A DNA stretch of 64,000 bases from Candidatus Zixiibacteriota bacterium (lineage in GTDB: Bacteria; Zixibacteria; MSB-5A5; GN15; FEB-12). The first letter of the stretch is position 1. Each line of letters opens with the position of its first letter. The notes under the pieces were generated by a model. The model worked only from the letters and a program-made list of their open reading frames with translations. It had not been told where the DNA came from and did no database searches. Below, one piece after another: positions 30,034 to 39,253 of the stretch. The position numbers and the translations under genes were made by a program. The DNA lies in the NCBI GenBank assembly GCA_029860345.1, contig JAOUBJ010000004.1, positions 202,943 to 266,942 on the forward strand. The letters are read 5' to 3'.

Positions 30034-30933
30034 ATGGCTACTGACTATCGCAAGTATCTCGATCCGGAAACGGTCTCCAAACTCAAGGGGATGGAACTGC
30101 GTGCCCGAATGGTGGTCGAGGGGTTCATCGCCGGGCTGCACAAGTCGCCCTACCACGGTTTCTCGGTCGAGTTCGCCGAGCATCGCCAGTATATGCCGGG
30201 TGACAACATCCGCGATATCGACTGGAAAGTTTACGCCAAGTCCGACCGGTTCTACATCAAGCAGTACGAGGAAGAGACCAACCTCAAGGCGTACTTGCTG
30301 GTCGACTGCTCAGCTTCGATGGCCTACCAGTCGGGCGAACGAATGACCAAACTGGACTACGCCGGGTTGCTGGCTGGGTCGATGTCCTACATGATGTTAA
30401 GGCAGCGTGACGCCGTGGGGCTGGTCACGTTTGACGAAAAAATCCGCCGCTATATTCCGCCGCGCTCGAAAGCCGGCCATCTGCACGTGCTGCTGAACGA
30501 AATCGCCGGCCAGCAACCGTCCGACACCACCAATGTCTCACAGACTTTGCACGAGATGGCCGACCGGATCAAACGGCGCGGCTTGGTGATAATCATGTCC
30601 GACTTGTTAGACGATGCCGAGGCGATCATCTCGGGGTTGAAGCATTTCCGCTATGATCGTCACGAGGTGATCCTGTTTCATATTCTCGATCCTCGTGAAC
30701 GTGATTTTGCATTCCCGCGCGAGGCGATTTTCAAAGATATGGAGACCGGCGAAGAGGTTACCACCCTGCCTTACCAGATCAAGAAGCACTACGCCAATGC
30801 TGTGACTGCTTTTTCCGACGAGATTGCTACTGCCTGCCGCCAGTCGAACATCGACTACCACCCGATCGACACCGCGATGCCTTTCGACAAAGCTCTGTAT
30901 GCTTTCCTGGCCAAGCGGGAGCGGTTGTATTAG
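30034..30933 (+). CDS. DUF58 domain protein (vWA-like MoxR partner)
   Basis: MATDYRKYLDPETVSKLKGMELRARMVVEGFIAGLHKSPYHGFSVEFAEHRQYMPGDNIRDIDWKVYAKSDRFYIKQYEEETNL is the canonical DUF58 N-terminus. ATG at 30034 is preferred over the track start at 29998. Confidence 0.85.
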   Translation: MATDYRKYLDPETVSKLKGMELRARMVVEGFIAGLHKSPYHGFSVEFAEHRQYMPGDNIRDIDWKVYAKSDRFYIKQYEEETNLKAYLLVDCSASMAYQSGERMTKLDYAGLLAGSMSYMMLRQRDAVGLVTFDEKIRRYIPPRSKAGHLHVLLNEIAGQQPSDTTNVSQTLHEMADRIKRRGLVIIMSDLLDDAEAIISGLKHFRYDRHEVILFHILDPRERDFAFPREAIFKDMETGEEVTTLPYQIKKHYANAVTAFSDEIATACRQSNIDYHPIDTAMPFDKALYAFLAKRERLY

Positions 30934-31048
30934 GGGGGGAATATTGTTGACATTGGGATGCGTTGGCGGTAATCTTAGTTGAACTCCTGCAGCAAGCACA
31001 GCCGAAGGCTGTGTTAGTGGGAAGCCAATAACCGAAGGAATCTCATTT

Positions 31049-31879
31049 GTGACACAATTGGATGTATTCACGTTTGAGGAGGGTCAGACCTCCTTCGAGG
31101 ATTTTGGAAGCTCCAATGGATTTCGATACTGGCTTGCTTCTGACTTAATGCGGATGTTGGGCTATGAAACGATGACCACATTCCGTAAAGCAATTGACAA
31201 AGCTACCTCAGCATGCATCACTTTGAATATTCCGGTACACGAGAATTTCATCAGTTTTAAGCAAGATGATGGAACCGAAGACTTCAAGCTAACACGTTTT
31301 GCATGTTACCTCGTGGCCATGAATGGTGACGTTCGAAAGCCGCAGGTTGCTTCGGCGCAAGCTTACTTTGTTACCATCGCCGAAAGCTTCAGGCTATATC
31401 TGGAAGAGTCCGAAAATGTTGAAAGAGTCGTCCTTAGAGGAGAAGTTACCGGACGTGAAAAGGCCCTCAGTAGTACGGCGAACGAAGCGGGTGTGACAAA
31501 CTACGGTTACTTTCAGAACGCCGGTTATAGAGGCATGTACAATATGAATCTTAGGCAGCTCAAGTTGCTCAAAGGTGTATCCGGGCAAAGAAGTGTGCTC
31601 GACTACATGGGCAAGACAGAGCTAGCCGCCAATCTATTTCGAATTACACAAACTGAGCAGAAAATCCGAAAAGAAGAAATCCGCGGGCAGATGGGCCTCG
31701 AAAAAGCAGCACAACAAGTTGGGAGCAAAGTGCGAGCGACTATGATTGACATCAGTGGCATCAAGCCAGAGGAGCTACCGGCAACAGACGACATCAAAGT
31801 AGTTCAGAGTGAGCTGAAGAAGACTCGTCGCAAGTTTGTCAAAATGGACAAACCCAAAAAACCCCCGAAGAACAAATAA
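31049..31879 (+). CDS. dinD: DNA damage-inducible protein D homolog
   Basis: 276 aa. Blocks recalled from E. coli DinD are matched: LTRFACYLVAMNGDVRKPQVASAQAYF and VLDYMGKTELAANLFRITQTEQK. Lower GC than the flanks. Confidence 0.75.
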   Translation: MTQLDVFTFEEGQTSFEDFGSSNGFRYWLASDLMRMLGYETMTTFRKAIDKATSACITLNIPVHENFISFKQDDGTEDFKLTRFACYLVAMNGDVRKPQVASAQAYFVTIAESFRLYLEESENVERVVLRGEVTGREKALSSTANEAGVTNYGYFQNAGYRGMYNMNLRQLKLLKGVSGQRSVLDYMGKTELAANLFRITQTEQKIRKEEIRGQMGLEKAAQQVGSKVRATMIDISGIKPEELPATDDIKVVQSELKKTRRKFVKMDKPKKPPKNK

Positions 31880-31902
31880 TCGCGAAGCCCTAGGCCCAGT
31901 GT

Positions 31903-31930
31903 AGCCCACCGATATGTGGGCTTTCATTTT
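31903..31930 (+). terminator. intrinsic terminator after dinD
   Basis: AGCCCAC-CGATAT-GTGGGCT followed by TTCATTTT. Confidence 0.6.
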
Positions 31931-32037
31931 GCCTAAATCGTTCCCCCACCCGCCGCGGGGCGCTCTGGGTGGGGTACCGAAGAGAAGACAGGCTGACCGT
32001 AGAGAAGACAAGGTAAAGACAGACAGGTTGAGAATAC

Positions 32038-32445
32038 ATGAATGACAGTTCACCCAAACAAGTGGTCATCTTCCTCGCCCACGCTATAGTCGCGTGGGGG
32101 CTGTGCGGCGCAGTCATGGGAGTCGGGTTGAGTGTCTCGACAGAAGAGACAGCGTTGATCGCGCATCTCGTCGCGGCACCATTCATCGCAGCAGGTGTAT
32201 GGTTCGTATACTTCAAGAAGTTTGCATACACAACACCGGTACAAACGGCTGGGCTGTTTATTGGCTGTGTAATCACCCTCGATGTCCTGATCGTGGCGCT
32301 CTTGATCGAAAAGAGTTTCGATATGTTCAAAAGCCCAATCGGTACATGGATACCGTTCGGGCTGATGTTTGTGGCGATTCTGCTGGTCGGTCGAGTGGCG
32401 GGTAATTCGCCAAGGAAAGATGGATTCCCGCATTCGCGGGAATGA
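32038..32445 (+). CDS. small polytopic membrane protein, unknown function
   Basis: 135 aa with about four hydrophobic spans. The last ~8 codons are encoded by a palindromic repeat module (GGATTCCCGCATTCGCGGGAATGAC). Confidence 0.5.
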   Translation: MNDSSPKQVVIFLAHAIVAWGLCGAVMGVGLSVSTEETALIAHLVAAPFIAAGVWFVYFKKFAYTTPVQTAGLFIGCVITLDVLIVALLIEKSFDMFKSPIGTWIPFGLMFVAILLVGRVAGNSPRKDGFPHSRE

Positions 32446-32589
32446 CAGAAGGCGTGCGAAGCGCAAAAATGCGAATTATCGCCTTCGACGGCGCTCACCT
32501 TTCGACTGCGCTCAGGGGGACAACGTCTGATTTTCAGCGGTTTCGGCCTGCCTGGCTCGTCATCCGGGCCGGTGTTACGATTCAATAGG

Positions 32590-33545
32590 ATGAAGGACAA
32601 AATGGCTATCTAAGGTGGCCATTTTGTACTCGTTCATGTCCTGTCCAGTCACTTCGGTTATTGCCGAATCAAGGGGGTAGAATCTGGTTGGAATACAACC
32701 GGCGCACAAACCGCCGCTAGGCAAAGCTGGGAAGATGATGCTGACAACTCTGACGAAACAACACAACGGCGTTGCGACATCAAAGCACGGAACCGGGGGC
32801 GTTCAACATGGCCGTCGACGGGGGCTGACGGTCTCGAAGTTGAATCCGGAGATAGGGGTGCTTAACCGCTTTTCAGCCAAGGGGGCCGCGGTACGGTTTG
32901 GTCAAAGGAGGCTAGACAGAGGTGATCCTGTGTGGGAGGTAAGCGGCGGTCAAGTCGCAACGAAATCAGGATTCACTTCTGGCGCCAGGGACGGCGGGTG
33001 TGAGGTTATGACCGCAGTACTTTCTAAGTGGGGCGTTGCGGTCAAGCGAAGGGGGGAGGTCGGGACCCGTTGTCGGCTCGGATTCGATCGCAAGAGAGAA
33101 TTCGGTTTGGCTCTCAACGGCCCTCTCTCCCACCTTTTCTTAAACTCAACTGAGCAGCAACATGCTCCAATCCGAAGCGGTGCGGTGACTCTTGGGAGGA
33201 TGAATGTTCTTGGTCGGTGCGGTTTCGGCACTGCATCGGGATCACTACATCCGCCGCTCCGGCCACAATTATGGCAGTCTGGGACTATGACATACAACAG
33301 CTCCAAAAAACGACCAGGGGGAACAGGCCTGTTCGACGTGGGGGCAAAAAGGGTGGCTAACACAGGGGCGTCGTCGGGACAGAAATCGGGTCGTCGTTTG
33401 GGAGCGCGGGTAGACTGGCAGTGTCTGGTGGGCATCAAAAGGGGGACTGACTCGACACAGACCAAAAGGGGGCTGAACGGACAGGATTTCGTTCGTCAAT
33501 AATCCAGACTGAGGTGGGGAGGTCAAGACCCTCCCCACCTCTTGC
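32590..33545 (+). ncRNA. candidate large structured noncoding RNA of unknown class
   Basis: About 1 kb in which the only ORFs are two mutually antisense, Gly/Arg/Pro-rich frames. The plus strand has G excess (hand count over 32761..33480: about 251 G against 170 C). Recurrent A-run+G-run motifs (AAAAGGGGG three times) and many short hairpins are present. The region ends in a perfect 11-bp hairpin at 33512..33540, and a clean plus-strand intrinsic terminator follows at 33643..33678. Confidence 0.3.
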
Positions 33546-33642
33546 TCTATTCGCCCAACTATAAAGTGGAAAAAGTGACTTAAGAGAAAAAAACTTCTTT
33601 GCAGGAATCAGTCTCTCTGATTCCGATCCTCTTGCTGCACGA

Positions 33643-33678
33643 CGCGCGGGTCAACCGGACTTCCCGCGCGTTTTTATT
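33643..33678 (+). terminator. intrinsic terminator (plus strand)
   Basis: CGCGCGGG-12 nt loop-CCCGCGCG followed by TTTTTATT. No plus-strand CDS lies within 1.2 kb upstream. Confidence 0.6.
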
Positions 33679-33696
33679 GTAAGCAGTCGGAAGCGG

Positions 33697-33885
33697 CTAC
33701 TTGCTGAAGAAGATCTTATTGAAAAACATTTCAGCCGGGCAGAATTTCGTGAAAGAAGACTGAATCAGATTGAGTCCGACAAAGGCCGCCAGGAGCAAAC
33801 CGTAAGGCGACACCAGATAGTACAAAGTCAGGGACAGCAGCACAAATGACCCCGCCAATAGTCTTACCATGTTTTCTACAGACAT
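33697..33885 (-). CDS. DUF2892 (YgaP-like) small membrane protein
   Basis: 62 aa with two TM segments and a conserved ...FTKFCP... motif. Confidence 0.6.
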   Translation of the reverse strand: MSVENMVRLLAGSFVLLSLTLYYLVSPYGLLLAAFVGLNLIQSSFTKFCPAEMFFNKIFFSK

Positions 33886-33953
33886 CTTAACACCTTTCTA
33901 TTATGACCAATCAATCCAGCGCTCCAATATGGACCTCAGAGCGATGACCATCC

Positions 33954-35213
33954 TCAAAAACCATACGTAAGTTTCAGGTAGACATTGTCGTTCTTATCAA
34001 ACTGCCCAAACTCGGTTGCTTCATGCCGACCTTCAAAAACATTGGCCCCGGCAGCTATCGATAGTTCGTCTGAGTACTTGTACTCGGCCGAGGTTCTCAG
34101 GTGGCCGTCTTCGTCAGTGGGAGAGTAGAAGACAAACATCGATAATGTGAGCAGTTCATCATAGAGCAGTCTGGTTACGCGCGAAGTAATCAGGTGCCTG
34201 GTTTCATCGCGAACAAAAGCGGCTGCGGCGCTCTGCTGTTCTTGATAGGTGGTCCAGTCGGACATGATGTCAATCTGCCACTGGGCGTTGACAGTCAAAT
34301 TGGTAGCGATCTGTCGTTCAAAGCCGATCATGCCGGTGACCGATGAATTCGGCATCAGTCGGTTTTTGCCTCGTTTGTCCTGACGCGAGTCGAAGTACCC
34401 GGTTTCCAACCAGACTATCCCACCGGCCAAAGGTCCGCGCAACGAAGCGCCGTACAGATTCAGTTTCGGATACAGCGGTGTCATCATATTGCCAACAACC
34501 GTGACCCCCAGCGGGTTCTTGTAGAATCCATGGTAGAAATATAGAGCAGCGGCACAGGACCCAATGCGACGGCTCAGCCTCAGTGCTATCTCGCTGTTTT
34601 CAAACTTCGGGTCCGGCCTGGGTGGATCGAGATAGAATCCTTCACCGACGATTGTCATGCCGTTGAAATAGCTCAACCGTCGTCCCGTAGGCAAACGATT
34701 GGGTTCGAACCGAGGCGTCCACACAAGTGACAATGAACCAATAGCGGAATAGAAATCCGCTCGGATAGCATTCTGCGGCGCCTTCAAATATTGATCGTCA
34801 CGTCCCACAAAGAACGACCGATAGTCTTTGGCGAAAACGTCATTGATAAAAACCAGATCGCCGGTGCCCCAGGTAAGGACCTGTCGACCTGCCTTGAAGT
34901 CAAGATGGCTACCCAGCCGGAATTTCATGTATCCTTCGCGCAGTTCCCAATAGTACCCGGCGCTGTCGGCGCCATCGTAGAGAAAGTCCAGGCGTCCGAA
35001 GAACTCAGCCCCGTCGCCGTAATGTTCGGCGCGAAGTTGCATCCGCGTCTCTGAGGCTGTTTGTTCGGTGGCCGTTGGGTTGGACTCGTCGAGCCGCCCG
35101 CCGTAAAGAGCCTGCAGGAATCCGTCGAAAGATACCTCGGCCAATGCCGAGCCGGTCATAGTCACCAGCGACGTCAGGATTATGATTGGGATTTTCTTCA
35201 CGTTCCGCACCAC
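33954..35213 (-). CDS. outer-membrane beta-barrel protein (DUF1302-like)
   Basis: 419 aa with a signal peptide, alternating beta-strand pattern, and a C-terminal ...LKLTYGF (aromatic terminus). Confidence 0.65.
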   Translation of the reverse strand: MVRNVKKIPIIILTSLVTMTGSALAEVSFDGFLQALYGGRLDESNPTATEQTASETRMQLRAEHYGDGAEFFGRLDFLYDGADSAGYYWELREGYMKFRLGSHLDFKAGRQVLTWGTGDLVFINDVFAKDYRSFFVGRDDQYLKAPQNAIRADFYSAIGSLSLVWTPRFEPNRLPTGRRLSYFNGMTIVGEGFYLDPPRPDPKFENSEIALRLSRRIGSCAAALYFYHGFYKNPLGVTVVGNMMTPLYPKLNLYGASLRGPLAGGIVWLETGYFDSRQDKRGKNRLMPNSSVTGMIGFERQIATNLTVNAQWQIDIMSDWTTYQEQQSAAAAFVRDETRHLITSRVTRLLYDELLTLSMFVFYSPTDEDGHLRTSAEYKYSDELSIAAGANVFEGRHEATEFGQFDKNDNVYLKLTYGF

Positions 35214-36011
35214 CTACTTTATGTAATCCCGAGGCGGGTTTTTCAGATATCGTTCGGTGAACAAAGAAGCCTCGAGGCCGACATTGTATCGGATACTTGA
35301 AAACTCAATCAGCGTCTTGCCGCCCTTTTTCAGATTCTCCATCGAGCGGGCGGTCATTGTGGTGATGCCGTCGATAACCTCGACTCTCTCGGCTGTGAAC
35401 AGGCGCACCATGTTACCCTTTTTGTCGAAATACTCCTCTTTCAGCGGTAGAAAGTTCGCCTTGTCGACGTAGGTCATTTTCTGTGCAAACCCTTTGTAGC
35501 TTTCTTTCGGGACCGACCGGACGACATAAACGGCGCGTTCGTTCAAAGTCGAGTCGGACAACAGCGTGTGTTTGTCTTCACCATAGTGACGACCGGATAC
35601 ATCCTCGTAGCTGAAATGTGAGCCTACGAAGCTCGAATTCTTGTCATCGGCCGAGATCGGTTTCACCAGGTCAACCGACGGTACGTAGATCCATCGTTGA
35701 TCGTTTCCGTGGGGCGATTTGTGTACCATGAAGGTCAGCCGGGACACGTCGGACGGTTTCCGGAAATAGGTGTAGTATCTTTGATTGCCGCCATCTTCTT
35801 CATCAAGCCTAAGCATAACGAATTGCTTGATCCGTTCTTTGCCGCGTTTGCTTACGATACGCATGGTGACCTCAGCCACGCCATCGTCGGCGGCGTAGTA
35901 GTAAGCCAGATGCGACTTTTGCATAATATCGTCGGCGCTTTGGGCAAACACCGGGGTTGATACAAGAAGAGAGTTCAGCAATAGCGATGTTACAATCGTA
36001 ATAGTTTTCAT
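35214..36011 (-). CDS. LolA-like outer membrane lipoprotein-sorting protein family
   Basis: 265 aa with a signal peptide ...PVFAQSADDIMQKS and a LolA_like-type pattern. It abuts the beta-barrel gene with no gap. Confidence 0.7.
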   Translation of the reverse strand: MKTITIVTSLLLNSLLVSTPVFAQSADDIMQKSHLAYYYAADDGVAEVTMRIVSKRGKERIKQFVMLRLDEEDGGNQRYYTYFRKPSDVSRLTFMVHKSPHGNDQRWIYVPSVDLVKPISADDKNSSFVGSHFSYEDVSGRHYGEDKHTLLSDSTLNERAVYVVRSVPKESYKGFAQKMTYVDKANFLPLKEEYFDKKGNMVRLFTAERVEVIDGITTMTARSMENLKKGGKTLIEFSSIRYNVGLEASLFTERYLKNPPRDYIK

Positions 36012-36034
36012 TGTAGTATTCCTCCTGATTTCAG

Positions 36035-38350
36035 TTACTCGCCCTTGTTTGTATTTGTGGTCGGCAGCATTTTTTTGTGGAAGGTCCTTGCAACGGCCGG
36101 CAGCAGCAACATGGTGACCAGTCCTGATACGATCATGATAGCCAGAAAAAACGATCCGACCGTGATGTACGGAACCAGGCTGGAGAATAACATGGGCACA
36201 AAACCGATTGCGATAACCAGTACGTTACGCGCGATAGCCCTCCCCGTGCTCTCGAACACTTCTTCGAACGAGGCCCGGAAATCGTTGGTTCGTTTGTGTA
36301 TCATGCGCAGGCGCTGGATGAAATGAATGGCGAAATCGATCGACAGGCCGAGCGTCAACGATGACAGCACCGCCACCGGCATGTCGTAGGGTTTACCGAT
36401 ATATCCGATAAAGGCGTAGATGGCCATGATCGTCATAGTCAACGGCAGCATCGAGGCCAAACCCCAACGCCATGAGCGGAACAGGAACATCATCATGATC
36501 AGCACAACCACATAAGACCCTAACAGGGAGTTGCGCATTCCCGTTACCATCTGATCTTGCCATTCGATATTTATGTACGGCAGACCTGCCCAACGGGCGG
36601 TGATTCCATCCGGCAGCGGGTGTTCAGCGAGATACCTATCCCCCCGCTCGACTACCGATGACACGGCCAGGTTGTCGCCGTTTTTCATTTGAACCCAGAG
36701 ATTCACCTGATCGTACTCCGGCGTGACAAATTTGAACAGATCATCAGGGTCACCGCCGGACATCTCGTAAAGGAACAGCATTTGACCTATTTCATTCGCG
36801 TTGTCGGGCAGGGTAAGTTTGGACGAATCCGCGCCGAACAGTTCATAGCGAACCTTTTTGACGATATCCGGCAGACCGGTCACGGCGCCGACTATTTCGT
36901 TTTTGACAAGATCGTCCTGGAGTGCTTCCAGATAATGCTGGACGTCGGGGCGTTTCATGATATTTTCTTCGGCACCTTCCAGCACCAGGTAATTCATGTA
37001 GGTTCCGGCCAGATGCATATTCATGGCGGCATCGGCGACTCGGATCGGGTGCGATCTCTTGAACCACTTGACCGGATTGTCGTTGACCACGATCATCGAA
37101 AGTCCCACCGCAGAAATCACCATAAGCGCCAAAGCACCCAAAATGATGGCTTTGTTGCGACGATAAGAGAAGCCGCGAAAGCCGTGCATGATTTTTGCGA
37201 GCGCACTGTTTTCACTGTCCTCGCCACCGAAATTGCGTAGCGTCTTTTCAGAGATCAGCATCCCGATAGCCGGATTCAAAGTTATCGACAACAGCCAGGC
37301 CACCAGGATTCCGAAGGCAACAAAGATACCGAAAACCTGAACAGGTGGAATGGGAGCCAGTGTCAGAGAGAGAAAACCTGCGAAGGTGGTAAGGGATGTA
37401 AACAGCATCGGCGTGAAAAGCTCCGAGATAGTCTGTCGGATAGTGGTTTCTTTGGATTTTCCCTTCCTGTAATTATCGTGAAACTCAGAGAGAATGTGAA
37501 CGGAGTCCAGCACTGCTATCGGCATGAGAAAAATCGGAATCATCGAAGACATTATGTGAACGGTGTTGCCGGTAAGAATCAACAGACCCATCGACCAGAT
37601 TACCGTCATCATAGCCACAATCATGGGACCCGCGACGACTTTTGCCTTTCGGAACAGTATCCACAGAAGCAGGAATATGATCAGCATGGCGGCCGGGGCC
37701 GAGTATGCCATCTGCGCGAACATCTGGGCGCCGAATGAGTCCTCAGCCATCGGCAGCCCGGCGATGTGTACTTCGAAACCAGCCGCATGTTTGTCTGCAA
37801 TCGCCTGTATTTCTGTTGCGATCCGGCGCGACTGGTCCTTGGATTCAATCGGCACCATGATGGCGATCGCTTTGCCGTCCTCACCGGCCAGCTTGCCACG
37901 CAGAATGGCGTTGTCCTGAATGCGGGCAAAAATGTGATCGGCCTCGGACTGTGTTTCGATCTCGTCGGCCATCAACGATTCGATGATCAGCTCACCGGCT
38001 TCGCCCTGATTGATATCGTCGACCGTCGATGGAGCCATGATGTCCTCGGATATCACGCCGTCGATTTCCTCAATCTCGGCGGTAATCCGGTAGATCCGAT
38101 TGAGAATATCCGGTGTGAAAGCGGACGGTTCATTGACAATTCCCACGGCCAGAAAATCCGACAGCCCGAAGAGTTCTTTCATGTCATGTTCGAAAACGCG
38201 CACCGGCTCGTCTTCGGCCAGCATATTCTCCGGATCGGTATCGATTTGAATCTTGGGAAACTGGGCAGCAAAAAAGGCGGTGATCAAAACCGCGATTACA
38301 ATAACCCAGATAGGTTTCTTAATGGCGAATTCGGTAAGAGCTTTTTTCAT
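36035..38350 (-). CDS. RND superfamily exporter (MMPL/COG1033-type)
   Basis: 771 aa with two 6-TM bundles and two periplasmic loops. First gene of the three-gene set. Confidence 0.85.
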   Translation of the reverse strand: MKKALTEFAIKKPIWVIVIAVLITAFFAAQFPKIQIDTDPENMLAEDEPVRVFEHDMKELFGLSDFLAVGIVNEPSAFTPDILNRIYRITAEIEEIDGVISEDIMAPSTVDDINQGEAGELIIESLMADEIETQSEADHIFARIQDNAILRGKLAGEDGKAIAIMVPIESKDQSRRIATEIQAIADKHAAGFEVHIAGLPMAEDSFGAQMFAQMAYSAPAAMLIIFLLLWILFRKAKVVAGPMIVAMMTVIWSMGLLILTGNTVHIMSSMIPIFLMPIAVLDSVHILSEFHDNYRKGKSKETTIRQTISELFTPMLFTSLTTFAGFLSLTLAPIPPVQVFGIFVAFGILVAWLLSITLNPAIGMLISEKTLRNFGGEDSENSALAKIMHGFRGFSYRRNKAIILGALALMVISAVGLSMIVVNDNPVKWFKRSHPIRVADAAMNMHLAGTYMNYLVLEGAEENIMKRPDVQHYLEALQDDLVKNEIVGAVTGLPDIVKKVRYELFGADSSKLTLPDNANEIGQMLFLYEMSGGDPDDLFKFVTPEYDQVNLWVQMKNGDNLAVSSVVERGDRYLAEHPLPDGITARWAGLPYINIEWQDQMVTGMRNSLLGSYVVVLIMMMFLFRSWRWGLASMLPLTMTIMAIYAFIGYIGKPYDMPVAVLSSLTLGLSIDFAIHFIQRLRMIHKRTNDFRASFEEVFESTGRAIARNVLVIAIGFVPMLFSSLVPYITVGSFFLAIMIVSGLVTMLLLPAVARTFHKKMLPTTNTNKGE

Positions 38351-39004
38351 ATTCGGAGTCTCTTTCGGCTTCTATTCTTACTTAGCTCGTTAGATAGGTT
38401 GCTTTGGAAAATGATTCAAGAAAAAGTGGACTGGGTCAAGCCCTGTTTTTCGAGCTGCTCGCACCGCCCGCCCCCCGGGTACCTCACAACATGCCGTGGG
38501 TTCTGTTGGCGGGTGCTGGGTGGCCGTCTCAAACCTTGTTGGGGACGGTTGGCCATGCTTCGACTCCGCTCGGCATGTGGTTGTGGGCGGCAAGTGGAAG
38601 TCACTGGTGGCCGTCTTCGTCTGTCCCTTCGGCGGGTTCACGCCGCGGCGTGGGCCCGCCTTGACCGCGTCAGGACCACAAGGGTCCTGATCTACAAGAG
38701 CCGTCACGCGGGGTCGCATGACGGCACAAGAGAAGATGGACCCCGGCCTTCGCCGGGGTGACAAACACGGCCACCCGTCGTCGCTGTACCCACGTGGCGC
38801 ACGAGAACGTACACCACGCACAAATCGCAGGGTGAGATGACAAACGTGCGGTGAACAAGATCCACCCCCAAGCCGGGCTTGAGGGTGCCACCCAGCCATT
38901 GTCGCCCTTCGACTCTGCTCAGCGTGACAGGGTCAAGCCCTGTTTTTTGCGCAACGCGCGATGCACCAAAAAGTGATTTATCACCGCGAAGCGCAGTAAG
39001 CCAT
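38351..39004. repeat. intergenic mosaic of palindromic repeat modules (includes direct-repeat copy 1 at 38659..38823)
   Basis: Modules present: GGGTGGCCGTCTCAAACCTTGTTGGGGACGG (38518..38548), the TCGACTCCGCTC module, GGCGGGTTCACGCCGCGGCG, GTCAGGACCACAAGGGTCCTGA, CCACCCCCAAGCCGGGCTTGAGGGTGCCACCC (38862..38894), and GTGATTTATCAC (38973..38984). Confidence 0.8.
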
Positions 39005-39253
39005 TTATGGCCCGAACTTCTTGTTCCAGCGTTCGCGAAGCAAGCCGGTTAGTTTTTCATTGAGAGCAGCAGGCAACGGTTCTTCTTTACCGTCGCGGCA
39101 CAGTGTGACCGTTTGCCTGAGGCTGTCGACCATGATTCGGCAGTTGTCACATTGGCCTATATGCGACTCGATCTCGGCGCACAGTTCGGGATCAACGCCG
39201 CCATCGAGATAGTCGTTGAGACTCTGTATGTAGTCAGGACACTTTTTTGCCAT
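39005..39253 (-). CDS. zinc-binding anti-sigma factor (ZAS, zf-HC2)
   Basis: MAKKCPDYIQSLNDYLDGG...ESHIGQCDNCRIM (H-x3-C-x2-C). Overlaps the sigma gene end by 20 nt. Confidence 0.7.
   Translation of the reverse strand: MAKKCPDYIQSLNDYLDGGVDPELCAEIESHIGQCDNCRIMVDSLRQTVTLCRDGKEEPLPAALNEKLTGLLRERWNKKFGP

Noticed and set aside
32821-32990. tmRNA: GGGGCTGACGGTCTCGAAG resembles a tmRNA 5' end, and GTCGCAACGAAA resembles a resume-codon region
   Set aside because: There is no tRNA-like 3' end (T-arm plus ..CCACCA) anywhere downstream, and no short tag ORF ending in hydrophobic residues followed by a stop.
32735-33502. 255-aa plus-strand ORF and 171-aa antisense ORF (32950..33465) as protein genes
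   Set aside because: They are mutually overlapping, with low-complexity Gly/Arg/Pro-rich translations, no RBS and no recognisable domain. They are treated as noncoding; see the ncRNA candidate.
38351-39004. CRISPR array as the explanation for the repeated intergenic modules (also 54960..55686 and 61580..62730)
   Set aside because: The repeats belong to several different families, occur in both orientations, are irregularly spaced, and are not separated by unique spacers of constant length. No cas genes are present.
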